Numbered from the stretch's first letter, positions 9,521 through 24,326 are shown. The stretch is 64,000 nt of DNA from Bigelowiella natans CCMP2755 (GCA_000320545.1 ADNK01003099.1:22121-86120), one strand, 5' to 3'. A program made the numbers and translations. Notes: generated by a model from the sequence alone, not told the origin.

Positions 9521-12500
9521 TCACCAATCTCCGGATAGTCTAAAACTACCACTATGTGCTGCAAATATGTGTAATTTTGCAAGAATTTTATCCGAAACAT
9601 GGTTGTAACGAACTTTCACATTTGGACGCAACGTCCAAAAGGCAGAGACATGCTCTTTTATGCAATCTTCATTTGCACTATCGTTAGTTCCTTGGTAGTT
9701 ATAATGCTGATCTTTTTGCATTTGCATCATTGGCTTCACTAAGACTCGATCTTTCGTCAGTTCTAACACCTCCGCCAGGACAGAATAAAACATTGATGGT
9801 GACGACGATGACGATGATGATAATTCTTGGAAGGGAATATGTACTTTTTGTACCCGTTTCAATTCTTTTGACAAAGGCCCTTTTGAAGATTGGATCTTCA
9901 CGCTGACTGTAGACCCGACGATAGGCTCACCATAACCACTAGATCGTTCAAGTCTAATGTCTCGCAGTGTTCGAAGTTCTCTTCTTAGCGCAAGTAGTGC
10001 ATGTGCACCACGGTCAGTGATTCCATTGCCGATAAGAGTGAGACTTTGAAGGTTGTATGTTGAGTTCGAGGTCTTTTCTTTCAAAAGTGCTCGGCATAAT
10101 TTGCGAATGCCACTATCCCCCAATTGCGTCCAGCTTAAATCTACGTGCTTTATAGGACAAGATTTGATAATATTAGCAATTAGAGGAGCAGCTTTAGGTC
10201 CTAGAGGATTTTGGGAAAGATCCAGCCGACGAAGTGCCGTGCCGGCCTCTTCAAGCACGAAGCTGATTTCCGATAGTTCTTTAGTTGATAGAAACATCCT
10301 TTTCAGACTTAGCTTTGAGCGACGACGGCCCGAATTCTCAAGCTCGTACAGTTTTGACCGTGTAAAATCCACCGCCTGGTGAGCCTTGGCTCGGCAAAAC
10401 TCCTTGCGTGCGGAGTGGATAGCTGGATGCGAATTCATGAACAATAACCATTTCAGACGGAATCTGATTCGGAGAGACTTTTTTTGCTGGTTTCTATAAT
10501 CTCGAGCTGCCGCATCCACCGATTGTCCCCCCCCTGCTCCTCCTTCAACCCGGGTGCTTGCAACTGTCCCCGGAGTTGCAGAGTCCATTGAAAGAAACCG
10601 AGTGCGGCGACGTCTGGTAGGGGTTGATACGACTGAATTTGACATGAATCTTCTTGTTTGTTCTATTCTGCAGCCTGAGGAATCGTATAGGCATATATGA
10701 TGATGATTCCTCTGTTTGAAATCGCCATCCACATTATTACTATCATCATGGGCCTGCTTCTCACTATCATACTCCACTGACGGCATTGGGGCATAATGTG
10801 CGTTGGGAGACGTCTTAGAGATAAGGCAATTGTTAATCGGAGGGCATTTCAAGGCCATTTCCTCGTCGCATACGACTGGATTATTCTCCAATCTACCGAC
10901 AGTACAGTCCTCCTTTTTGTGTCCTTTGCGGGCTAATTCACTTCCGTCATTGATGCTTCTTCCAAATGTTGCCGCTGCAAATTGCCTACTGACCATATTT
11001 CCATCATCCGTGTCGTTCCTTGATTTTTCCTCTTTAAATCTTGGAAGTGTGCCACAAGAATCATCAAATGCAGAAACTGCAAGTCCTGTAGTTGATGAGG
11101 TGGTGGATGTGCTTAAAGCTGATGATCGAGTGGCGGTTGGCCCGTTTGAATCGTCATACATGAGAGAATCATCATCCTTTTTCTCTACAGTGATACTTAT
11201 GGAGACTCTTTGCGAATTTATCGATTCAGGCTGTGAGTGCTGTTCTTTTCCGTGCTGTTGCCCTTGTTCTTTCAGCAATGACTTGATATCGTGTTGATGG
11301 AAATACGAATCATCTCTCATTCCGTCTATCTTGGCGATCGAATGCATTTTTTGAGCTGCGAGCTGTTTGTCTCTCCCCCTCTGTCTAACAATCCTCTTCA
11401 TCACTTGTGCACAGAAGGCAAGGACAATTGGGTTGTTGTGGTGGTGATCGACTAGTAGTGTGGAATAGTACGCGTAGTATCCAGAATCAAGGAGCTGTAG
11501 AATACTCAAAGGGGAGGCTGGGTGCTGAACATCGAATAAAGCAGCTGCGCCCGTCAACCAAGCAATGATTTTGAGCAGAAACAACTCCAGAATTATCGAC
11601 CACCACCTTCATAAAGCGATTGATAGGACGGGGGAAGAAGGGGAAAACAAGCAAAGAACGAGAAGAAAAAAGAGAGTGAGAAAGGAGATCACTTTTATTT
11701 TAGAGTTCCAATGTAACACCAAAAATACAATTTCTTTTTCTACTCTTCGCTTATCAATCATGAGCCGCACAGTAGTTATGCTGCTGCTGCTGTCATCACC
11801 CTGCACCCTCTAAGACAAAATACTATATTGCAGCTGCCACTGCTACTCTTACATTGTGAATGAGAGGAAGGCAACAAAGCTATAAACGAGATTTCGTGAT
11901 ATGAAACCCTCGGACCCCCGGATACTGAAGACTTTGCGTCCAATCAAATACGACAGGTATTGTATAAGGAACAGTAGCGAGAGGCTGTAAAGGATATAAT
12001 TCACGACTGGATTGAAGACATGGGCTCGAAGGAACTTGATGAAGTACATCACTGCTACGAGCACGATGATCATTAGCGCGAGCCAGAAGGTGACCCAATA
12101 GAGCATGATGGTGTTGACCATCACCAACAATATCATCTTGATATTTCTGCAAAAAGACAATCGACACAAGCAACTAGATGAGGACGTGGCAGTGAGGACA
12201 AAAGCAGAGCAATGTCGGTGGGCTGTGGGTTGTTGCGGTCTCCCACTCACACACCCATCTCCGCGCATACAAATCCACTCAAACGGGCGCTGGTGCAGGA
12301 CACTGCCAACTACTACTTCTGCTACTACCCGTTGGCGCTGAAGACGTCCTGGGGATTAAACCAGTACTCTCCCCTCCTCAGCCGAAGGATGTGACGCTTG
12401 TACGCGTTGTAGAGCCGCAGGAGGAGGACCGAGCAGTTGAGGGCAGCAAGCATGGAGAGAAGCACTGCACGCTCGCTAATGATTCCCGTAATCATCGTAA

Positions 12501-13241
12501 CGGGCACTCCCTGAGTAGACTGAAGCCACGTCAGTGTGTATCCAGCCACATGAAACCCCACGGCCTTCATCGTGCCATCCATGATATACCGCGCTGGGGA
12601 AGGGTGATAGCGGAAGTCCACGGCTAGCATCTCGTCGTTGTCAAAGCTGCTTTGGAGTGAGTATGCGATCCAGTGGAGAAGTTGCACCCCTAATATCGCG
12701 CACACGACTATTATCACAGCCCCAGCCCCAAGGGAGGCGAGTAGCATCAGCGGGGAATAGTAGTAATCGAGTGGGTGCTGCTCGAGCCGGACAAAGCCAA
12801 GATCTAGCAGCACGTTCGCATACTTCTTCTCGGCGTTGAAGCGGTTGGTATGGTTCTTGGACATGTCAAAGGACTGTGGATGCGGGCTGATGGGCTCGTC
12901 TGCAAGGCGAATGACTGGTCTCCTCTTCTTCTGTTTACTGCTGTTTTGTTTTTTGTACTTGCCGAAGGCGGTGGTAGCAGTAGTAGTAGTAGTAGGAGAG
13001 GTGGAGGTAGTGGTGGTAGTTGTGGGACGCTGAGTCGATAGGGCCTGGTATTTGACGACGGCGTCATTGGATTTATTTTCTTGTGACGATTTCTGATTTC
13101 GAAATGATGATAACTGGGTGAGTGGCAAGGCGTGGATGAAAGGGTCAGAAACAAATAAACGGCGGAAATGATAAAGTTGCTACACACACCCCATTAACGA
13201 TAATAGCTGCGACATATTCACCACACACATACACACACACA

Positions 13242-13276
<35 letters not shown>

Positions 13277-13410
13277 CTCTGCGCCGTGCACATTCACAGT
13301 ATATTTATTATGTTCTCCTTAGGCACTCGCTCTACTTCCTCTTTTTCATTTTTGTTTCCCCCCCCCCCCCCCTTCTTTCTTCATTTTCTTTCTTCTTCCT
13401 CTCCTACTAT

Positions 13411-13448
<38 letters not shown>

Positions 13449-16021
13449 GAGCAGAGAGGTTGGGATTGGATCCAAATAATCGGTAATAGTATGAGCTATC
13501 AAATCCGTGTTGATCAGGAAAGTAGTCCCCATTGCCACCGCTACCACCACCACCACCCCCACTGCTGCTGTCTCTTAGATGATTTTCATGCGTGATGTAG
13601 ATGTAAGGAAACAGCCCGAGGAAGAGGCTAGGCCAGATCTTGATCACCTAATATTTTGATTTCTTGTTTGTTAATTCATTCCTGAGCGGCAATCTAAGCA
13701 TTGCTGCAACAACGGCCTTGGAATGGCGACGATGACAGAGAGCTCTGAGGAAGAAAACGGTGCGCGGCATGCTCAGGGGGAGGGGGGGTTATTATATAGT
13801 ATTACCGAATCGCCGCGACTCCTGATACAAAAGAGAGGGATGGGGGGGGTTTCATACTTGCCTGAATTCTTGTTAAAGACTAGCAACGCTGGGTCGAATC
13901 GCGCTGCGACATATAGCTCTGCGGCTGTGAGCCGTGCTTGAGCATAACCCATTCCTTGGGAAGCTTCGAGCTGTTGGTTCTGCTGCTGGTTCTGCTGCTG
14001 CTGCGGCTGTCGCTTTCCTTCACTCTCTGCGTATGGTGGAGGAAGAGGTGAGGGGGGCGGTGACGATGCCGAGTATCCCAAGGAAATGGGGAGAAAATGG
14101 GGCAAGGACGATGGTGGTGGCGAAAATATTGGAGAGAGGAATGGCATCGTGGGATCTTGGCTGCTGCTGGTAGTATCATTTGCTGATGATGAATTGAGCT
14201 CGGTCTTGCGACTTGAAGCTTGTGGGGAACCTCCTCCTAGCCCCCTATCGTCATCACGACGTATACTTGATATGCTGCACAGATCACCGCCGGAGGGGCA
14301 ACACGGCTTTATCGGAGTGCGCCTGTGCGCTCTCGCCGTGGTGTATTGCCGCCTTAGAAATTGATTCGTGTGAGGGTCGTCTTCGAGCGCTCGTTTGCCG
14401 ACGTTCAAAGGATGCGAATGCCGTTGTTGTTCGTGCTGCAGCCGGTTCTTCAGCTTCCTGTTGCGTGGCGCTTGAGCCAAGAGAGTGTGTTCCATGTAGT
14501 AGAAGGGAAGACTGATAGACATGAAGGCAAAAATCGTCACCATCCATAGCCTCTGCCCGTAGCAGGACGTTAGCGTGCAAGAGTTGGTGAGGATCACTGC
14601 GAAAACAGTGAATACCATCAGGACGAAGAGAACAGGCATCCACACGGAAGGATCAAGATGAACGAGCTTCAGGTAAAACAGCCGCAAACGGTGCTTGCAA
14701 GCGGAGACGATGCGAGCGAGCACTCTTCGGAGGTGCAGCTTTATCGTGCGAAAGTAGAAGTGGATGCCAGCCAGGAGGAGGAGGAGGAAAAGGAAGGAAA
14801 TGATGATGGTCAGGGGGAGGTTGAGGGTGGATATCACCCCCAGGGCCATCGTGAGCCCAGCATAGGCAATGTAAATGAGCGCGGTTGCAAGATCTAGCGA
14901 GATTCTGATGCCGGCCTCTTCGCAAGTCTTCGCCAAACGAGCGGAATGGAACCCAAACAGGCCAAAGGCCTCTCCCGTCATCATCGCCGTGGTACCGGCG
15001 AAAATGAAAGAAAAATAGGAATAGCTGCGCAGGGAGTTGAACGAGACGCCAAGCAGCGTGGAGACCAGGAGCAAAGCTACAGGCGTCCTTGTGACGACCA
15101 AGGAGGGGGAGGGAGAGGGGGAGGAAGAGGAGGACGAAGAAGAAGAGGAGATGAACCCCCACGAATGAATGAGCGTGCAGCTGAGCGTCTGTGCGATTAA
15201 CAAGGCGAGGGCATAGCAGTGTAGCTGAGGCTGTATATCGATGGATCGCTCTACCACGACCCAAATCCCCACGAAGCAAGGAAGGTCTACGAGGAGGAGA
15301 ATGTGCATCAACTCGCACCGGTGCTGACTCCAGCCGTAGTAGCTTGGCAGCCAGAACACGTAAGCGGCGACTGTGAGTAGCAGCATGACGGGGATGCGAG
15401 GAGTGTCGGCTTCATGTGTCTCTCGGCCTTCCAAGTAGGTGAAGAACACCCGCACAGGAGAAAGCCACGATGCGTGCACGACTCGGTGCAACACGCGCTG
15501 CAGCGCGACGAGGAATACGGCGAGTTTGATGACGCTCCGAGCCATTCCTTCGTCGTTGCGGCTCTGCCTCTCCTTGACACACGCACGGACTATCACTCTG
15601 AAAAGCAGCAGCGCGACGAGGACACCCACGAGTACACCGGGAAGCAGGACGATCATAGTATAGCTCGGCACAACATCACGGCAGTCTCCCTTCGGCGTGA
15701 GGTCCCCCCCAATCATCAGATTCACCAGAAACTCGACCCAGTCATAGGGGGTGCACACGGAGTCCATGAGGTAGTACATCACGGAGAGGATTCCCCAGAA
15801 GTAAACAAGGCAGACCAGCCACCAGGCTACCATGCTCGGCCACGTGTGGTGCGCCGGCATTGCGTTTGCTATCATGAGAGGAATGGCAAGGATCCACATC
15901 AAGGCGAAGACCGCTAGGAAGTTGTTACTGAGCCATACGGAGAGCGAGTCGAGAGGGTGGATTGCCGCGTACCTAGGAGGAGGACAGCAGGGGTGTGATC
16001 ATGTTCGTGAACCGATTGGGG

Positions 16022-16094
<73 letters not shown>

Positions 16095-17859
16095 GGCACT
16101 TGAAGGACAAATTTTGATATGTGGATGATCTACTAGTAGTGATGGTGGTGAATACCTTGTCCCACCGACACTTATATTGAGTGTTGTCCCAACGAAGACG
16201 AGCTGCTCATTGCTTGTGAATGGAAGAGGGTTGACGCCACTGAAGAAAGGAACTCGCTCATGACCGCTAGCAAGAGAAGCTTGCTGATGCAACAGTACTG
16301 AGCACACGTCTCCCACTTGGTTATAAGTGGAATTGTCGGTGATTTTCGGTCGTGGGATTTGCCATATCTCTGCTTTTTTTCCGAGTACAAATAGCTCTAA
16401 TTGGACGCTGCCCTGCGGAGCATCCCACACAACTCCATCAACACAACTAAAGTTCTGCATTCCGCCGCCAGTATCATTGTCACTAGCGCTACCATCACCA
16501 GTTTCATCATCATCGTCGTCACCCATTGAAACGAATTGGTCGAAGGTGAGAACGGCGAGTTGGAATTGTCCTCGAGGCCCAAGTTGTTGTGTGGTGAGGG
16601 GCGGGGCAGCAGACGAGTCGTTGGATGCTGCTAGCAGCACGCGATTAGCCGCCTGCAGACCTCCCATGTGCTCGATGAACTCGGGTTCCCATTCCACCCA
16701 CACGGCGAACCTAACAGCAGCTTGGAAGCTGGATAAATCGATCGGTATTGGCCCCTCCCCGAGCACGAAGACCTTGCAGCTTTTAAGAGGGGAGCGCACT
16801 TCCACCCAGGTCACTGCTGCTACGGGATTGCTGCTGCCACTAGCAAGCTCTCGAGCCGGCATGTTGGATACCATATATGCGAGCAATACGTAGGAGGACG
16901 AACCGGGGCCGCTGGTAAACGCCGTGTTGAAGCAAGCGAGGCCGTCGTTATTAGTCACTTGCTGCACCAGAAACCCCCCCCCCCTCTTGACCTGGACGCT
17001 CTCCGTCTCAAACTTCTCCAGGGGGGCCTGCACGATGTTGTCGTAGTTCCCGTGCATCCACACGGAGAAGAAGAACTCCATGTCGTTGCGGTAGGTGTCG
17101 CTCTCGCCGAAGAAGATACTGAACCCCTCGGAATAGAGTTTCAGGAGCCCTTGCTGATACAAGGACAAGATGTCCTGGCTAAGAACCTCCTGCGTGATAT
17201 TATCTGTCCGACCGAGACGATAAGCACCGATCTGAACAACTAGATTCTCAGCCTTAGTTGTCTCCCCATCTACAGATACTCTGGAAGATACAAGACAGCA
17301 GGGGCAATATAGAAGGGTGCGGAGGGGGGGGGGGGGGGGGAGAATGAGTGTGCATCAAGACTCTTTAATGATAATATTAAAGACGGTACACACGATAACA
17401 AGCACTCATAATAAGGGGGCGGGCCACTCACAACAGCAGCAGTCAAAACCTTGCTTCGACGCAAGTCTGGACGGTATCATTTGCGTTTCCATAAATCCAG
17501 ACAGAGCGGCTCTGAGGCTGCTTGGAGACCGATAATTGATAGATCGTGTCCGGGAGCGTAACATTAGAAGCATCACCAGCTGTGCTGTTGGTTGGGAAGA
17601 GCTGGCATTGGAATAAAACGGTGCCGTTTATCAGCACCGCACGGTGGTTCTCTATCTTCTCTGAGCCTGATTTGAGCGGAGGAATTTGTTAATACTCAAT
17701 GACAGTTGATTGACCATGACTTTTGACAACGAAGCAATGACTGATCGAAACAGTGAATTCTGTTGCTATTTGCTTAGTAGCTATGGGTAAGCATCAGTAT
17801 TCTTGAATATTCTTTGCATCTTTGCCCCTTCTTGCTTACCTCCTCTCTCAAACCTTTTT

Positions 17860-17901
<42 letters not shown>

Positions 17902-18579
17902 TTACTCTCTTTCTCTCTCTCCCTCCCACTCCCCCCCTCCCCCCCCGATATAGTAATCGGTTCTATTTCACAACTTTGAACGCATTTCCTGTGGCCAGCT
18001 TCTTCACCGAATGGGTCATGGTTGGTGACGTGCACGCACACCTCTGTTCCAAGCGCTTGTGTAATTGCATGTTGGCTTATGTCCCCAGGATAGGAGGCAG
18101 CAACGCCATTTCTATCTGCCGGGGGAGGGGGGATTGGGTGCGACATGAAGGCGTTGTCACCGCAATCACATCCAACAACGGCATGGAGGCTCATTGGCGG
18201 AGTAGCAGGGAATACAAACGCGAAATCTTCGATATCCAAAAGTAGGGGGGTCGCTTCTTCGCCAGGATTTTCGTAGTCGCGGACATTTCCGCTGTTGCGA
18301 TCAATGCAGTCGGTATGCATCACCCACTCCATTCTTACATCCTGGCTTATTGTCCAACGTGCTGTGCCATCAGATGCTTGAAGATTGTCGCGGATAAGTA
18401 GACTTCGTATTCCCTTTTTACAAAGCATGAGCTTCGAGAGAGAGGGGCAGCTGCCCCCACTAGCCTCTTCGATGTCTATTAAGCAGATCTGGGCTCCAGA
18501 ATTCACATTGTAGCAGCAAGCAATATATTGGAGATGGAGGGGGGGAGGGAATTGGCCTGCAGCACGAGTCGTAGTACTG

Positions 18580-18610
<31 letters not shown>

Positions 18611-19060
18611 CTGCTGCTGCTGTGTAGGTAGTGTTCGGAGCATACGGGTTCATAGTGCGGCATGTTGTTGTCTGGGTTGGCTTCAATGTAAGAGCACATG
18701 TACAGCCCTCCACGGGAGCCTTTCTACGATCCAGGATTACCGATTCCAAACCTATCATTTTCGAAGCAAACGCGTGCAGCATGAGTGAGACGCTCATCAG
18801 CTGCACCCATGGCATTATGGTGCGAAACCCAAAAAACCGGCATGTGCAACAAAATACCCGGTCCGAAAAACCCAATCACCTTGATTCGTGCCGACACTGA
18901 AAAAGTGAGCTTCCGACTTGACGAAGTCTTGATAGTAGGGCTTTGCAACTTGTGTGATGCCAGTGTTTGGCGGGTATCTCTCAACCGTAGCAGGGAGGAA
19001 CGTGAAATAAGCGCTGGTACAAATGACGAAGGCGAACATTAGTAATACGAGTAGACGGGA
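9521..19060 (-). CDS. Very large spliced multi-pass membrane protein with C-terminal RI-like leucine-rich repeats (possibly more than one gene)
   Basis: Consecutive minus-strand ORFs (15999-17168, 13773-15902, 12325-13128, 11849-12268, 9521-11584) separated by microsatellite introns. Many hydrophobic helices; N-terminal hydrophobic MSRLLVLLMFAFVIC; LRRs LRRLDLSQNPLG, IKHVDLSWTQLG, LQSLTLIGNGIT. 5' exon structure unresolved. Confidence 0.6.
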
Positions 19061-19959
19061 CATAACCCTATCACTGGATAAATCTAGACACCGCATACGA
19101 TTGGAGTCGACGTATCTTCCTGCCTCTTGCTTCTCGGTGGGGGGGGGGGGGGGGGCAGGAGGCATAGGACCAGAAGCTTGAATAGAGCCCTCAGGCAATT
19201 CCCGGATTTTTTGGTCGCTGCCTGCCCAATGGCTGTCGCTGTGTCTTTCTTTCGTATAAAACTTTACTGTATTGCTCTCCATATAAAACATGAAAGCTAC
19301 CTACAGGGTTACGATATGTATTGTTTAAGGGACGCGGAGAGCATTCTGTTTGGGCTGCATTGTTGATACTTGTCCTATACCGACATTAATTCTAAACATA
19401 ATAGGTTGTTAGATATTAATGAGTTATCATTAATGCTAGACCATAACAATTCCTAGCAGCATCGGCGAAAGCAGATAGAAATATCGGATGTTCTGCATTT
19501 GATAGGATTGAACATTTAATGAATTAAAGGCGAATCAGGTACTTCTTTCAGAGAATATTAATCAGGCAGTGTTATTTAAATCAGTCTTTCAAAACTGATC
19601 GAATGATTATTGAGGGCTATAGATTTTTATTTTAAATAAGCTGTAAAGCTCCGACTCATTGCTTCAAAAGTCGTTCATGAATTGATATAACATCGCCTTG
19701 CGAAACGAATGTGCTTCAATATAATACCAGCCCGGCCTCGCTTGCCGCAAATTTGTAGAATGCAATCATTACATACATAAATCTGCAAAAATAACAGTTA
19801 ATGAGAATGAGATCAGAATCTCGAAATGAAAGTGATATGGGAATTCAATGGAGAATAGAGCTGAACGCTCCTTAGAAAATATTATTGACGATGTCTACGA
19901 ATTTTCATGATCTTCTAATTTTGGGGATATTTTCGAATGAATTAGGGTTTAATTATCAG

Positions 19960-20940
19960 AATGTCTACCCGACTGACGAGAGAGCGAGCAGAAGTCTGGC
20001 TAGACGGCTTCTCCGAAATATGTCTTCGAAATACAGCCATCGGCCCTGAGCTTGCGCTCGAAACCCCTCGCAACACCGATTACATCGGTACATTAGAATA
20101 GCCGAATCGACACCGAAATAATCGTGCGTAACTCTATCCTCATTGGTAGACCTGTAACCACAACCCGGTTAAGCGTCAATACACACAATTTCTTCTCTTC
20201 GGAACGAACACCAGCGAGGCGACGGGCAAACGTTTCTGCAAGGACGCTAAAGTCAACTATCTGCTCCCACCAACCCTCTGTGTTTTGCGCAACGATTTCA
20301 TTTCTTTCATCAAGAGCTGCAAAAATTTCTTACCTCGTCCATACTCGATCCTATGTCAGGGTGTCCCCTTCGGCTGCCACTTCGTCCACGAGGGTGTCCC
20401 TTTCGGCTGGGTAGTTTAGAAGTCTAAGTGAAGTCGCTGATAAGTTATTCCCATTATTTTTAATCCTGCGACAATGAAATCAGCTTGCACATTTTGGTAA
20501 ATCGGCATGCACCGGAAGGAACCGATGAGAACTTCGGGCAGGATAGAAAAAGTGCCCGGAACTTACGACAAGGGATTGCTGCAGTCGCAGAGGAAAATAA
20601 GCGTTTATCTTTAAATTTAAAGCAGGTTTTGAATGTTCGATGACGTTCTTCCAATATCCCCTTTAAGAATGTCCTCCATTAAGCAGATGCACAGATGTGC
20701 TTTTCAAAAAGAGGCAACTCCCATGGTTCAACTACGTACGACAATGGATAATGATAAATTTAGGCGGAAAGTAGCATTCCCGTAGACCTTCGGCAACCAG
20801 CAGTCAAATCTGAAAAAATTGGAAGGGGTGTGTGGCGGCTTGCCCACACGCCCGAAGCGCAATTCTCTAATGATGTTCGCCAATTCTTCTAAGGTTCGAT
20901 CTACATCTTCTACAGCCTTTGCATCGTTTCATATGTCTAA
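19960..20940 (-). CDS. Possible spliced hypothetical protein
   Basis: Protein-like open segments (NDAKAVEDVDRTLEELANIIRELRFGR..., EIFAALDERNEIVAQNTEGWWEQIVDF...). No known domain; boundaries uncertain. Confidence 0.25.
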
Positions 20941-21209
20941 AAACATGTGAATGGTAGTCTTGCGTTTAGATACCGATGCGTGTCCACTATGAATCATCAT
21001 GAGAAAACCCGTGCATGTTTTTCCAAAATAAGTGTTGGGCTATTTTGTTAGTTATAGTTTGGAAAGTTGAGAGTGCCTTTTGTTCCGAAATGGGAACGAT
21101 TTTAAAATGAGTGTGCGGAGCTTTGTTGGATCACCACGCTGCATCTGCAGCTCGCATGGTAAAAGGGACATTCCGACTCATGTCCTTGGCTATTTTCACC
21201 AATAAATAG

Positions 21210-24200
21210 ATGGCGTTATCGTGGATCTTTATCCTAGTAATATGTTTACGGGTATCGAATGCGCAACGATACCAGGACAGCATGGGATTCATGAACGGTG
21301 ATCCCTTCGCAGATAACAATGAAGAGGTTCCAAACGGTAAAGATTTGTTCCAGATTCTCCAGGAGAGAAATTTGGACGGAAACACTGCGAGAGACAATAC
21401 TACGGATTCCAGAAATAGGTACTGAACGTTTGTTGTGTGCAAGTTAGCCCATGCTGAGACATATGGAATTTGATTTTCAGCGAAAAAGTTACTGCTCATG
21501 AGCACTTCGAAAACCTATTTGATAAGCTCAAGGGTTTCCAAGGCCGTCGTACAACATTTGACGACGTTGTAAAATCTAGTGATACGCAGCGAAAGCGATC
21601 TTCGAAGAGTAGAAGTGGGAAGAAAATAAAGAAATTTGGGTTTGGAGGGAAGACCAGATCGTCTTCAGCGTCTTCCGCGGGGAGGAAAAGCTCTGTGCGT
21701 AGAGCAACCAAGCCTTCGGGGGGGCGGCGGGAGATAGACGAAGACGACATTTTGCAAGGGTTATCTGGCTTATCTGAGAGGCTATCTTTGCCTGGCTCCG
21801 AAATTAATATGCGGCGCAAACCAAACTTCCGATCACTTAACCCCCGACTTAAGGCAACTGCCGCTCAAAGTCAGGATTCAGTCGTCACGACTGAAAACCC
21901 GCTCGGTGAAGATATCCCGTTGAAAGATAACGCAGATTATAACGATCCTCTTGGAGATCTTTTTGCCGCTGGGAGAAATGAAGACGAAACTCAAGATAAA
22001 ACGAAAACGCTATCGGGCCTTTCTGAGAGTGTGATACCGGAAGGCCCAATGAAAAACCAGGAAACACTGGCGAAGGGAAGCCCTACAATAGAAAATGTGG
22101 CGGAAAACCCAAACAAAGAATTAAAACAAACTGTAGAGGAAGTGAAGGATCCAAAGAAAATCGTGAATGGTACTGAAATCGGGGCAGAGAAACAGGCCAA
22201 GAAAAACCCAAACAAGGATGTGGACGCGAAGCGAGAAAAAGAGTTTGACTCTCCTCCGGAGGAAGTGGTCACAGTAAAGACCTCGAATGTGGTGGTCTCT
22301 GAGGAAAATAAAAATACTAGCATTACAGGTGCATCCTCCGTGTCAAGTAGCACACAGAGGAAAGAACCGGCGGCTGCCAGGATAGAAAAGGACGACGGAG
22401 AGCTGAAGAAACAACGAGAATCTAGCGAAGACGATAGCATGCTATCGCTTCCTAGTGGTCTCATAAGCTCAGATAGAGCGTTTGAACTGAAAAAAGCCTC
22501 CTCAGGTGCAGCAATGTCTACCGGAAAAGGTGTAGAGGAGGAGGACAACTCGGTCATAAACAATGAAGAGGATCTTCCGTCGCCTTTCAGCAAAGTAGAA
22601 GACATGAATGGTGGCAGCAATGAAGGTGGAGATGCGACACCATTGTCCCTTGAAAAGATATCATCATCCAAGTCTCCGATGATGGCAAACGAAGTGACGG
22701 GGAGAACAGAATATGGAAATATTTTCGGGCGGGAAAATGCAGACGCCTCTGGGAGTACTAGTGGTGGTGCCCCACCGTTGGACCCAGCAAGCCGCGAAGC
22801 GGTTAAGAGCAATGCCAAGCAGGATGTACCTTTTGGCATGACAACACCAAATATGCACTCAAGTACAGTTCCAGCGGAAATTTCAATTCCTACCTCCGTG
22901 TCGGCTCTAGTTTGGCTCTCAATAGGTTTTTTCTGATGAAGTAGTAGTAAAGACGGCATCTTAGTTTATAATATATGTATGTAACCACAGGTGTCACCAT
23001 GACTTTTATTTGCTGCGCGGCCAGTTTGGTTCTCTGCGCTTCAATGTCAAGCAAGACAAACAAGCCAAGCGGAATGGGGGGGGTGAGCAGCTCATGGGGA
23101 AGTATGCATGGTACTTCGGCGGGTGCGGGGCGAAAGTCTTCCGGTGATCTTGAGCTTGGAGTAACCTCATTCGGTAACTCAAGTTTCTGTGGTGGGGGGG
23201 GAGGAGGAGACCCATCACCTTCAAAGCCAAGGAAACGGAGGTATGTTAAACAGGAACTTCAACCAGCTATTACATTGTTGGATACGGCTACTTCTCCTCG
23301 GAGTCAGCAGCAAACGCCGCACAGCAGCACCGTAGAGCTTGGAGAGAATAGTAGTAGTAGCAGTAGTAATAGTAATCTCAAGCAAAATGCATTTATGCAA
23401 GTCAAAGCCCATCAAAGCTCCAGTTCTTTGACGACGACGACGACGACTTTGTCCAAGCAGGGTGTTCGAGAAAACAGCTCGACGATTCCAAAAATAAGTA
23501 GTGCAGAAGAAGAAAAGAAAACAAAAGAAAGGGTTCCTCGTCCCGAGCCGGGAGAAATTAAGAGAAGCTTGGGAAGCTCAAGTCAAAGCAGATCTAATGG
23601 TGGCACTCGTGCGCGCGCATCTACCGCACCTGCATCTGCAGACAATGCGAAAGCTTCTCGAAATCGCGCAATACGATTTGAAAAGCTATGGGGCGCAAAA
23701 GACCTTCAATCAAAGAAAATCACGGTAGCTGTCGGAGCTATTAAGGTTGCCGTTCTATGCAAGTCTTTAACACGGGCAGGATTTGCAATTGTAGCCTCTG
23801 GTAATAACTCCAAACAAATGATCTCTAGTTTTAAACAAAGCTGTCTCACATTGTTTGTTTTGCTTTCGAACGAAAGCTTGATAATCCTTACGAAAACTGC
23901 TTATGTTTATTCAGGACAGGTTGATGGACTTTGTAAGGTGTACTGCATAATGGAGTCTCCACAGAATAAAAAGTAATAATACTTTCTAATACTATTCTTG
24001 CGGTGTTTGATACCTTTCGGTTTTCCCAATTAAGGTGTGTGTTACATGAGATCCTCGGGCAAAAGGATGGAAATTTAAAGGTTCAATGTTATAAAACTAT
24101 GATGATAGTGAGGGGTAGTGTAAGCACGGATATTGTCGAACCCAAATATCACATATTTACTTCAGATACTTGGGAAGAGTATGGACAACGGCGAGTTAAT

Positions 24201-24326
24201 ATCTTCACTTTCGCACATAAGAGGAGTAATTCTTGGGCATGTGTCGCGTTGATCAGAGTGCTAATGGATATATTAGTATACTGTTGTTATCAAAGTCTTA
24301 GAAATATTCGTGCACTGCGCACATAG
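21210..24326 (+). CDS. Signal-peptide-bearing single-pass membrane protein with long low-complexity S/E/K-rich regions
   Basis: MALSWIFILVICLRVSNAQ signal peptide; 488-aa and 333-aa ORFs joined by short introns; hydrophobic VTMTFICCAASLVLCASM segment. 3' end approximate. Confidence 0.6.

Noticed and set aside
11585-11611. In-frame TGA between ORFs 11609-11806 and 9521-11584 as possible Sec or read-through
   Set aside because: It lies at the end of a pyrimidine-rich stretch ending in AG that looks like an intron; no redox motif context.
17324-17340. Long G/C homopolymers (also ~19139, 29759, 30411, 51550) as programmed frameshift or G4 signals
   Set aside because: Ubiquitous in this genome, mostly intronic, and prone to sequencing length error.
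20358-20409. Direct repeat AGGGTGTCCCYTT(T)CGGCTG as a possible CRISPR-like or regulatory array
   Set aside because: Only two copies; a local tandem duplication in a eukaryotic context with no cas genes.
21991-22959. Long antisense ORFs (also 721-1185, 10803-11297, 16327-16893, 48416-49042)
   Set aside because: Shadows of real coding sequence on the opposite strand.
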